From Nemertoderma westbladi (lineage: Eukaryota > Animalia > Xenacoelomorpha): a DNA stretch of 58,683 bases. Location of the stretch: the NCBI GenBank assembly GCA_032718475.1, contig JAUCBJ010003216.1, forward strand, positions 1 through 58,683. Reading direction: 5' to 3'. The position numbers were made by a program, and so were the translations under genes. The notes under the pieces were generated by a model. The model did no database searches, had not been told where the DNA came from, and saw only the letters and a list, made by a program, of their open reading frames with translations. Shown here one piece after another: positions 28,801 to 40,800 of the stretch (the stretch's first letter is position 1; every line of letters begins with the position of its first letter).

Positions 28801-31800
28801 CCCCACCCCCCCCCCCCCCCCCCCAGATATAATGGTCAATATACGGGCCTGCCTGGATGAGAGCATAAAACTACCCACGAACATACCAGTATATTTATAG
28901 ATGATATTTAATTTATCTTATCTTGCTTATTAAATGTAGCCTACTTACCTGTTATTTTAAACAAAGGACATTTATCATTCAGGCTTCTAGTGGCATGAAC
29001 AATAAATTTCCTGTTATTTTCTGACGAATCAACCAAGTAATGTACAGGTAGAGGATCTGGAATTCCCAATGTTCCGCAAGAATCAATAGGATGCGCGATT
29101 GGGAGACATCTAAATGAAAACAATACTTAGAAAAGGGAAAGAGTAGCTCAATCGGGATGAGTAGCTCGATCGGGGAAGAGTAGCTCGATCGGGAAGAGTA
29201 ACTCAATCGGGAAGAGTAGCTCGATCGGGAAGAGTAACTCGATCGGGAAGAGTAACTCAATCGGGAAGAGTAGCTCGATCGGGAAGAGTAACTCAATCGG
29301 GAAGAGCAGCTCGATCGGGAAGAGTAGCTCGATCGGGATGAGTAGCTCGATCGGGAAGAGTAACTCAATCGGGAAGAGTAGCTCGATCGGGAAGAGTAGC
29401 TCGATCGGGATGAGTAGCTCGATCGGGAAGAGTAGCTCGATCGGGAAGAGTAGCTCGATCGGGAAGAGTGGCTCGATTGGGTAGAGTAGCTCGATCGAGA
29501 AGAGTAGCTCGATCGGGAAGAGTAGCTCGATCGGGAAGAGTAGCTCGATCGGGATGAGTAGCTCGATCGGGAAGAGTAGCTCGATCGGGAAGAGTAGCTC
29601 GATCGGGAAGAGTAGCTCGATTTGGTAGAGTAGCTCAATCGATAAGAGTAGCTCGATCGGGAAGAGTAGCTCTGTAAAAGCTTTTGCGTCATTAACCGGT
29701 TATTTTCCCTTAAAGTACTCTGTAGTTGGTTTGCCAGGCATAAAAAGGCCGTGTCCTTGCTGTACTGGTGTTTTAGAGGACATAAAAGTCATTTCTTATG
29801 TATTTGTACTGTATTTGTACTTTAGAGGACATAATCCACAATCTCGTGACGCGATAAGCTAGATACTCTTGAAAACAGTGTCGCTACCATGACGATGGCT
29901 AACAGCTGATATTGCCACGTCGACGTTTCTTTGTTTCTTTGTTCTCTCGTTGTTCGGTTGACCAATCAGAGCGTTTGTTGTCTCTGTGTTGGAGGTGTAT
30001 ACAGAGGCTCAGTAGTTCAGTGTTATGTTTTTGCCCAGAGCCTAAGAACCGGCTTTTGGCACCTCCGTGTTTTCAGTTTTAGTCTTACACTAGTAGGCTT
30101 AATTATAAGGACATATATCCGTTATCTAAACATAACATACCATACCTAATCAAACAACCTGTGCATACTTTTATATTGTTATACTGCTATTTACTGTCAG
30201 TTCTTCATAATATGGTTGATGAATTATTATATTTGGAATAACGATAAATAACCCCGAAAACCCAATATTCTTGATATACCGAAGGTAAGAGAGAAAGGTT
30301 ACATATAACGATTGTGACTTATGTTAAAGTGGTTTGAAGTGAATCTAATGTTATTTGATAGACCCTACATGATTCGGTCCGTGTTCCTTTTATATGTGAC
30401 TAAAATCAGTGAAGATCGGCAGATCAGTGTGCAGTATTGTGCAGCATTGTGTATGAGTGAGACTGATAACGAAGCATTTCCTAAAGAATGCGCCATATAT
30501 GTGAATTATAACTAAGCCATATCGTTGTGAGTAGTTTAAGTCATAACTCTGTTTATATAGGTAGAGCGCCACGTCCTAAAGGAACTGTTAATATTTCCCG
30601 AAGGTGAATAATATTGTCAGAGATTATATAACACTGTCAGTCGAATAATACATTAGGCCTACATAGCAATACGATTAAGCCGTCGAACCCAATCTCCCGG
30701 GTATATCCAGCGGGTGAATGATCGCGCACAGATTGGTTTCGACTAGTGTAGTGAATCAAATACTTGTCATAGGCTAAAAGCGAATTATTATCTAGAAGAC
30801 ATCCTAATTTGGCGGGTTAAACTGCCAAAGGTCTGAAAGCGCGAACAATAACGGATATTTGGTCTGTATTGCAGTGTAGGCATTAAATACAGTTTAATAT
30901 TGTTCTGGTAAGAACAATAACGGATATAGCTTCTTTATTGCAGTAAGCAATAAAGTTGAAAGTACCGGTCAACCGGTACATCTGTAGGTCAGTAGGCCCA
31001 ACTGCCAGAACCGGTACCCAGTAGGCCTGACTACCTAACCACCCGGACCGGTACCTACAGCAGTACAGGTACAGCAGTATTATTCGATTTTGATTATTAT
31101 ATACCAGTAGGTCTTAATAATTAATCAGGGAGGGCCCGCCCTGGTTTTTTATTGAGATTTTTACTTATTTCTGTCAAGTTTTATTTGTTTGTAGGCCAGT
31201 ATTGAACAGAAGGCGTGTAAGCCTGATCAGATTGTACAGACAATTTGTAGGCTGAGCTGTTGTCTGATTGTTGTTAGGTCTGAACGGATTGCAGTGTGTG
31301 TAGATCACCTGTCCGATAAAGAACGGTTAGGAAGTAGGGGCAGCCAATGCTGTAAGGTAAACCCCCAACTAAAGAATAAGTCGTACTACTGGGTTAGAAC
31401 GCATACTACCTAATCATTTCGGAGTCTGCATGTCCTGTAGTTTATTTAGGCTTGAGAGTAGTCTGCCATCGTTTAGTCTGTACTTTGTTTGTGTAAGTCT
31501 GTACGGGTAGCGTATAATATTTATTTAGATAATTTGTAGGCTGGATAGTTGTCTGGCTGTTATTAGGTCTGAACGGATTGCAGTGTGTGTAGAGCCTCTG
31601 TCCGATAAAGAACGGTTAGGAAGTAGGGGCAGCCAATGCTGTAAGGTAAACCCCCATCTAAAGAATAAGTCGTACTACTGGGTTAGAACGCATACTACCT
31701 AATCATTTCGGAGTCTGCATGTCCTGTAGTTTATTTAGGCTTGATAGTAGTCTGTCAGTATTTGGTCTGCATTTTGTTTGAGTGGTTTGTACGCGTAGCG

Positions 31801-34800
31801 TAATATTTATTATTCAGAGTTTATGCGATTATTCGCAACATTCATTCCCCAAGTTTGTTCCTACAATAATTGTGTTTGTTATACATACCGCTATAGTTAA
31901 ATTAACCCCGGTACTACACGGGCTGCTTGGCGTAGGTAAAGACTGGTGATTTTGTGCACCGGTCACTCCAGCAGATGCCGTGGTTCTTTTAGCTGTTCAA
32001 GTATATTTAACTACTGATTATATGTTATACAAGTACTCGTACCTAATTTAGGGTTTAGTGTACAGTGCTTTCCGAAAGTAATTAGTGTAGGCATTATATT
32101 TGTGTTGTAAAGTGGTTGATAGGCACGTTCGATTAGCTCTATTAACTTCTAGGTAGGAACACTCCGTGATACATAACGTAGTACCTATATCGATACGGCT
32201 ATAGGTCGTCAGGCGGTGGTATTTTCCTATCTGGACAACGCAGTGTATTCTACTACTACTTATTATTTTCAAATACCGTAGTACCCTGTCCGTTGTAATA
32301 ACCAGATTTCTAACCCTTTGTTAGGCTGGTTTGTAGACTTCTTGTAAAATTACCCTGAAAATTCGTATTTTGTGTTTTTTGTAAATTTTTGTGTTTATTT
32401 AGAGATAGTAATCTCAACCCGAATCGTACGTAATTTGTAGTATTAAGTAACTTAGGTAAATTAGAATTATTTGTTTTAGTGTCCTATAAGTAACACTTCA
32501 CTGAAAGCGCACCGCTTTGTGTAGTGATTACTCCCCAGAAATAATAACATTTATTTCAAACATTGACAAAACCCATTAAACGGGTATATATATATTATAA
32601 ATCAACTCAAACGATTTATAAATAGTAGGCCTGCCATACAACAATTAGGTCTCAATATCAGTTGGACTACTGCTCAAATAACGGTAATAAAGTAAGTAAA
32701 GTAACCAAGTAACCCTAAAATTCAGAAATTCAATTATTTAAAATAATTGATATACCGGTATTTACGATAGGCCTATTATCTTTATTTCTATAAATTTAGG
32801 CTGAAATTATACCGGTACTTGTAATTAATTCTAGTCCAGAATTATATATACTACAAACTGTAAGCTGTATACCGGTATTCCGATAGGCCTATTATATATT
32901 TATATATATTTGTGCTAAAATTATACCGGTATTCTGTGATAAACCTAGTCTGTAATAATACTTATATAGTTATATATACTATAATCATACCGGTATTCTA
33001 ATATATTATATATATCACACTACACTGAGTAGCAGTATCGGTAATTAATTACTAGGCTAGCAGTTAATACTGAATTACTAGACTTGCTTAGACTGTAATA
33101 TAGCAGTAGGCATCCAACTGTACAAACAAACATGTCTGACACAAGGCAAACTCTGTCAGATAGTCTCCTAGAAACAACAGTCTGTTTATCAGATAGGAGT
33201 ATAGAGAATCCCAGACCGAGGTCTGAAACCCCTCCTACTGTAAGAAAGACAACCCCTACAGTAGCTGTGTCAGAACCTAGGTTAGTAGAAGCAATTTCGC
33301 AATTCGCGAAGTTAGTGAAGCGCCGTAGGTCTATCATCGGTACTCGGGCCCAAGTCAAGCGGGACCAAGAAGCAGCGGAACCGCAACAACCCGCGAGCCA
33401 AGAACTTAGTTCTCAGCGGCCCGAGAGCTCCAGTAGTTCGGATACTGTTGAGCGGACGCCCGAACGCGGAGCGAAGATGGCGGATACGGTTTATGATGAA
33501 CGGCCAACCTATGAAGAATCAACCAACACCACTTCTTCTCAAGAAGAAAGCGAAGGGACAGCGGAGGGGCCGCGAAAGAGAGATGCCATTGACATCTATC
33601 TGTCAGACTATCAACGCTTTGTAGGGGACGAAGAGTTGAGGAGAAGGCTGGAGGGGCTTAGCCCTAATAGTGAAGGAACCAAGCTTGTGCTGGACGCAAT
33701 CGATGCGGAAATGTTAGCTGCGAATCAGGCTAAATTTGATGAACAACTCCGCCTGACACGAGTCCAAGAAGAACAAGTAAAGAAAAAACGCATAGAAGAC
33801 AGAAAGAAAGCAGCAGTGGTAGCTGCAGAAGCAGAAAGAAAAGCGGCAGCGGCAGAGGCAGCGGCAGAGGCAAAAGCGGCCGAAGCTGAAAGAAAAGCGG
33901 CAGCGGCAGCGGCAAAGGCAGCGGCAGAGGCAAAAGCGGCAGAAGCAGAAAGAAAGGCGGCAATGGCAGCGGCCGAAGCGGAAAGAAAAGCGGCAGAGGC
34001 AGTGGCAGAAGCAGAATGGAGAGCGGCTGAAGAAACCATCCAATTAGAATTGGAAAACATTCAGGAGAATCAAGACTGCATAAATAAACAGTTAACAGCT
34101 AGTAATATGCAGATGATGAATCGATCTACTCCCAAAAGACAGGGATATACATCATCTGAGGAAGGCGATACCACCGATACTGAAGGCAAAGGAAATAGAT
34201 CTCATCTAAGCAGACGTAAAAGAACATTCCACCGTCAGAAATTGCCTGATTTGCCTCCAGCTGTTAGAAGGCAACTAAATAACACCAACTTAGGTAGTAC
34301 AGAGCCCACAGACCAAATAATTAAAATAGAAAGACTCCCTACTATAGTAGATGAGCCTGAAATAATTAGGCCTGTTCTTGAAATCACCCCTTCGGTGATA
34401 GATACACCTGTGCTCCCTGAAGCTACCTCTAAATTCCCTCTGCATAGCACTAAGCTACCTGTGCCCAGTAGAACTGCCCAGGAGACAGTTCAGGTCCTGG
34501 ACCCCGAGCGAAATATTCATGATTTGTCGCCCGTTGTCCCTCGTCCGCCCGCTACAACGTTGGAGACTCCCGCTTCGGCGGTCGAATGGGTGGACGAGAG
34601 ACGGCGGGGGATGGATCTCCTGCTCGGGCAGATGCAGGAGACTGTTCAGCAATTCAAGGGCACAGTAAGGGAAAGTAGGCTAGAGTTGCAAGAAGTGCAG
34701 CAAAGTATCGCGCTAGAACGCGATAAATTAGTAAATACTCAAAGGGGTATACCACCACCCTCAGTAACAATGTGTCAACCTGTTAGGTCTGAAGTATCTC

Positions 34801-37800
34801 ATGCGCAAGGTGTGGAGCCTACACGCATATATACTGCTAGCGAAGTAGAAACTCCTATAGTGAACCCTATTAAGGGTAATTATAGACCTGTTGATAATGA
34901 CATTCCCTATAGACTTGATCATAATCCGAGAAATTTATATACCGATAACTCGATATTAAATAACACGATGGCCCAAGAAAGTTTTACGCATCAAATGGCT
35001 AGAACCGAAGCCCGGCAAGCGGTGAAGGTGGGAGAGATTGTCAAGTTCAATGGAGATGAGATGAAATGGTTACCTTTTAATGAATATTACAAAGATAACA
35101 TACAGAACTCTGTACTATCTAATGGAGAGAAACTTAGATTCCTCATCGAGTGCTTGGAAGGATCTCCCAAGTTAATGGCGTTAAAGTTTATTGGACATCC
35201 AGACGGATTAAGACAAGTTTGGGATACACTAAACATCAGGTATGGTAATAGGAATAACATCGCTGGGTATTTGTATGCAAAGTTGGTAGCGCCCCGAAAG
35301 TTTATTAGCAGCGGAATTATCGAGTTTTCCGATGAGATTCAGGAGATCTGTAGACAATTAGATTGGCTAGGTAAGTCTCAGGAGTATCAGAATGCTATGG
35401 TTATTAGAGCAGTGGCTTCTACTTTACCGAAGGGTGGAGTAGGTACACGCTGGGATAAGAAAGTGTTATATATGATGGAACAACAACGACGAGACCCTAC
35501 CATGGCTGATCTCATGTCATTCCTAGATGGAGAAGTGAAATTACAGCTCCTGAAACTGTCCAGAGAGAAGACACTGGAAAACAAGGTAAGTGAGAAACCC
35601 GTTTCTAGGAGAAGGGTAACACCAGTGTGTTATACAGACGACGGCGAAAGCCAGACTTCTCAAGGAGAGGATAGCGGGAAAGACACTGAAAGATCTTATG
35701 TCAATAAAACGCCTAAAGATCAGGTAAGTAAATCCAAGTCTCGACCCAATGACAGAAGGGAACCGGTACAAAAAACCCCTCCTACGTCTCCTAAAAGAAT
35801 TCAGGTGAGAAAGCCCGAGGAAAGAACAAGTGTGCACCGCATAGCACAGGTTAAAGTAAGTAACATCAAGCCGAAATGTGTGCTGTGCGACGGGCCCCAC
35901 CGTTTAAATGCGTGTGATAAATTCCTGAGGAAATCACTAAAGGATAGACGTGAAGACATGTGGGATAAGCGGTTGTGTTATAATTGCCTCAGACGAGGAC
36001 ACCAACGGCGAACCTGTTACTCCGACGCAAGGTGTGCAAAGTGTGGTGCGAAACATCATATCTTGTTGCACGCTGAATTCGAGCGAAATAGTCCGAATCA
36101 GGTAAGTGATTCCGAACTACACGTCCAATTCAGTGATGTGAACGACACTGATCAATCTGAGATGGAAGGATTCTATACGGATGAGTTCTCCGACCAAAAC
36201 GAATCCTGTTACCTAATAAACACCACCGCAGTGTATCGAGCACTCGTGCATGAGAAAGACACAGACAGCGACCTTACCTTAACTACTTCTGATCAACAAC
36301 CATCTTGGAAAACGCCAACTTCCAATATAGGAATCCGAGAATTTCCTGTAGTCCAGTTACGGGTCCACGGACCTCAGAAGAGCTATATAGTGAACACCCT
36401 CCTGGACTCCGGCAGCACAGGAACATTCATCGATAAAGAACTAGCCGAAGACATCTTTGCTGGACAACCCAAGTTCCGAAACAAGCTAAACATGTCAGGG
36501 ATCATGCAGGTTTGGAAATCTGCTGTGGCTGCCGACTATTATATAGGTGAGTTGTCCACTCCACAGGATAAACTAGGAGAATACAGTATAAGGTCAGTCA
36601 AAATGGTGGCAATAAAGAACTTCGCTACCACCCAAGTGGAACCTTATAATTGGGACGAAGATGATCATGCCCAACAACTTAACATTCCTAGATTCGACAC
36701 CGATTATCCTGGAGTACAAATATTAATCGGTCAAAACGCGCATGAGGCGCTGGAGACATTGGAGAAACGACCTGCTCAACCGCAACCACTTCAGACCTAT
36801 GCAGTAAGAACTAGAGTAGGTTGGTACCTTACTGGACCTTCCCGAAGAACGCTCAGAGAAAGACTGCTTCAAGATCGCGTCTGCCAGGTGAGTGAATGGG
36901 AAGATGATACTAGTGAGGGAGACGACCCAACTGAGGGAACACCACACTCCTCAGATAATGACAATCTTAGCTCCAATGTAGATCAATGGAGATATTGCCC
37001 CAAGCAGTTTAATCCAACTGACATCGCTTCCAGAGGAGCAACTCCTCAAGAACTGACAGATACTACAGACCGGTTAGGTGAACCCGACTTCCTGAGTAAG
37101 GAGGATGAATGGCCTCCCCATCTTACTCCGACTGAGATTAGACCAGCCAAGGGAGCGGAGAAAGTCAAAACTAAAACCCGGACGGGTGGATCGGAGTTAT
37201 TTGAACCCGGGATAGATCTGTCGGTATTACATATTGCCAGGGACGACGCCGTGGATCTGGACCTCCCCACCGCGAGTGGATCCTTCAAGAAGATCAGAGG
37301 GAGCGATTGGAGCTCTGGAACATCAGACGTCTCGCAGGGACTCTTACCTCTCCTGCAGGGAGCGACGGACCACTATAGCTCCTGGAATCGGCTTTGTAAC
37401 GCCGTCATATACTTTGAGCGATGTTTCTATCGTCACTATTCCAGGACGAAGAGGAAACCTGGAATTGTATTCGGGATGCAGCGGCTCAATCACCCAGTCG
37501 GTCGTTTGTGTTTACCGGAAGGGAATGGAGGACTCTCCGGAAACTGTGGAAGGCAAGATTCTCTTCCCACGACCACCTCCCTAATCCTTCAAACATCTAG
37601 GGACTCCATAACGTAACAACATATGGAGTGGGTGTGTGACTCTATTATTTTATATTATTTTATTATTTTTATATTTCTGTATGTATTACTATGTAATTTT
37701 ATTATAATCGTTTTCTTTAATTTTATTCAGTAGAATGTTATTTTAGCGATTATTTAGTAGATTAGTGCAATATATATTCGCGTTTATTACTTAATTACGT

Positions 37801-40800
37801 ATATATTATATTTAATGCGACGGCAAGAAATAATTCTTTTTCTCTTTCCTTACTGTCCGTATCATATTATAAATACGTGACTACAGTAAGATGAAATGTC
37901 CGTACTTATTAAAGTACAATAAAGCCACTACTATATTTAAGTATTATTGGTAGGCAGAGTATTAGGAATGCAAAGTTCAGATCCTCGTGTCTCGGCTAAA
38001 CCAAGCTCTGGGTAGACCTTGGAAACGACTTGCCTCTTCACACTGACATTGCTTCGTGCGATATTGCTCTCATACCGTATATTAAATAATACATATAGTA
38101 GCGTGATGTCCCTATAACAGTAGCGTATAACGCAAAATAAATCTGTTAAACCCTTTGACCATCTGTAATTCTAGTCGATTAAGATATCGCGGCACCCACC
38201 GATATACTTGAAAGACAAATTCTAGAATCAGTGGTTAACGTCCCCAGACAAGTTCTGGAATAAATCGGTGCCCATCTCAAATATTAATTATTTAATATTT
38301 GCAAATCCAATAAATCAAAATCTGTAAAATTCAGATCCTTCAACAATTCTAGTCAATTAAGATATCGTAGCATTTACCGATATTCTTAAAAAGACAATTG
38401 TCATAGAATTAAGGATCTTGTGTCCCCAGACATATTCTAGAATCAAAATATGTCCATCTAATTAGTAAATAATAAAATTTCAGGGAATAATTTAAATTCA
38501 TGCCTTTTAATGAATTTAATAAATTGCCATTTTTGCGCAATTTATAACATTCCCAAAATTCCATTAATTAATAGATCAAGGGAGCGGAGATTTGTCTTAT
38601 TATGAGTATGAGTGTGCGAAAGTCTCCCAAACATGGTCAATAGCCGATAAAATTCATAAAGTCATGTATCAAACAGGACATTGACTATTAAAGAATTACT
38701 ATTAAATAACATCCCAGATCTGTATGCATGGGAATTACTCTAATTCTACCGCTAGCTTTGCATAATGTCACCATGGCAACAACCACGCTAGAATTAGAAT
38801 TGAGTTAAAAGAACAATAGAAAGCTTGTCCCATTGAATAGCATAGGGAATAAATAGCGCACTGCTAGTATCCAAGGATACATAATAATACAGTGACATTC
38901 TGGAAGGCATTGACTAACGGACAAATGGCCCGAATGTGCGTAGTTGTGACCAGTTGTGTGGTATTTGTGAGTTTATAGGTGAATGTTACTGCTAAAGTGT
39001 GTTTACAGTAGCTAGTCGCAATCGTGAAAGTAACCTAACTCTCCAAGGAAAACCTGAAGTACATCTAAGCCTTTGGGACGGACAGTGGAGTGACTTGTGC
39101 CGGTTGTCGTTGTGCGGCTACGTCGTTGGCGAAAGTACAGCGGCGACGACACATCGGCGCTGAGGATCTCGCACTGTCCGGGGGCTGATTGGGGTAGGCA
39201 GCGACGCCCGCTCGCCTAAATATAAACTCATTATAATATGGATAAATTTATATAGCAGATATGATTGAGTTGATAGAAGATGATCTTGGTATCAGGGAGC
39301 GATATACTCTACCTTTACAAGCGTTTGTTGATAGCTTGTTCACCGCTCGCTATACGTATCGTAATGGTACGTATGTGGACTTCTTAACTACTGGTCATCC
39401 TATCGATTTACACGATACGGACAATGTCGACACCAAAAGGGAAATGGTACGATTGAAATATCCTACCCAGCGGAGGCGGAACGATAAACCGAGAATGGAA
39501 CACGAGAATTCTATTCGAAACAGACTCGAAAGAGAAGACGTTGAGGAGCCGGATAAACGCAGCGACTTCAACGATTATCTGGAATTCCTGATAGAAACAT
39601 ATCTCAATATTGCCAGTCAACAAAATCTAGAAACTCGATATCCTCAAGGTATACATCATGACCGCATGGTAGAACTCAAACGGCTCGATTCCCCTATGAT
39701 GTATCTTACCGCCGATCGACCGCTACCTGTTGTACCGAATAGCTTCGAACGGATGGAGGAATATTGTATGCTGGAGAAAGATCACTCGCGTTTCCCCTAC
39801 CAGACGTGCGTCTTTGGTATTATTACGATAAATGCCCTAGACCCAGCAAATAAACGGAAAGACATAAACATCCATGGAAACGTTGTGTTAAACACAGTTG
39901 TGCTCGTTATATTTACTGGAGTTTCGAGCGAAACTTGTTTGACGTATCAGCTATGCTCACTCGGCTCGAACGATCCTGGAGTAAACCTACGATCAGAATC
40001 CCGGAATACTCGATCAGAGCTCATCATTCCCTAGTGAGACCTCAGACTCTTGATCCTATTAGTATGACGGATCCTCCCGAGCTGTACTCACTGCTCAAAG
40101 ATCTAGTGTTACCTGAACGATTAGTCGGTGGCACCCCAGTTGTGGGTTTCTTAGATATTAGCCCATCCTACCTAGCCGGATTGGGACGCTGACATTTAAT
40201 ATCGCCGTTTAACCCTTACCATCGTCCCGGCTTGACACGATATAACCTGTCACCAGAGTGGCGGAGAACGTTGTACCAAACGAGTTAAACGCTATTCTAC
40301 AAAGATCAGAAAGGAAACCTACGTTTGTTCAGATAAACGTAAGTTGTAACAGCAAGTCCAAGCGATAAACGAATTGTCTTTATCTCAGTTCGATTGTGAA
40401 ATCCAGAATCTCTAAGAAGATATCGCACTTAGACAACCCCATTCTCTGCGAGAGTTTTTGGATGAACGTATCCAGCTACGAGCGGAGGAAAATCAGCTCG
40501 AGGAGAAGCATATCGAAACGGCGGATACCCCGACCATAATCCTACACCTTCTGATGCAATCATATTGCACCCTTCACCCAGGATTTATAGCCCTCCTAGT
40601 AAAGTGGCTCCCCCCAAAGAGAAAAGGACTCTTGCTAGCCTCAAAAAACTGCGTAAACGCCGTCTGCGTAAGAAAGACTAACTGTTTAGAGTATTTTTAT
40701 ATTTTAGAAACTGTGATTTGTTATATTTTATAGACTTAAATCCCATTTTCTGGGAGCGGTGTAAAAGCTTTTGCGTCATTAACCGGTTATTTTCCCTTAA

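Noticed and set aside
28979-29692. SR-like protein (SSRSSY)n ORF, also 41891-42319
   Set aside because: It is the translation of the 18-bp intronic satellite. The flanking host exons splice directly in phase 2, and the ORF overlaps exon 4 in the wrong frame.
29931-30572. Small ORFs duplicated at 41018-41659
   Set aside because: They are duplicated only because they lie in the LTRs; no coding signature.
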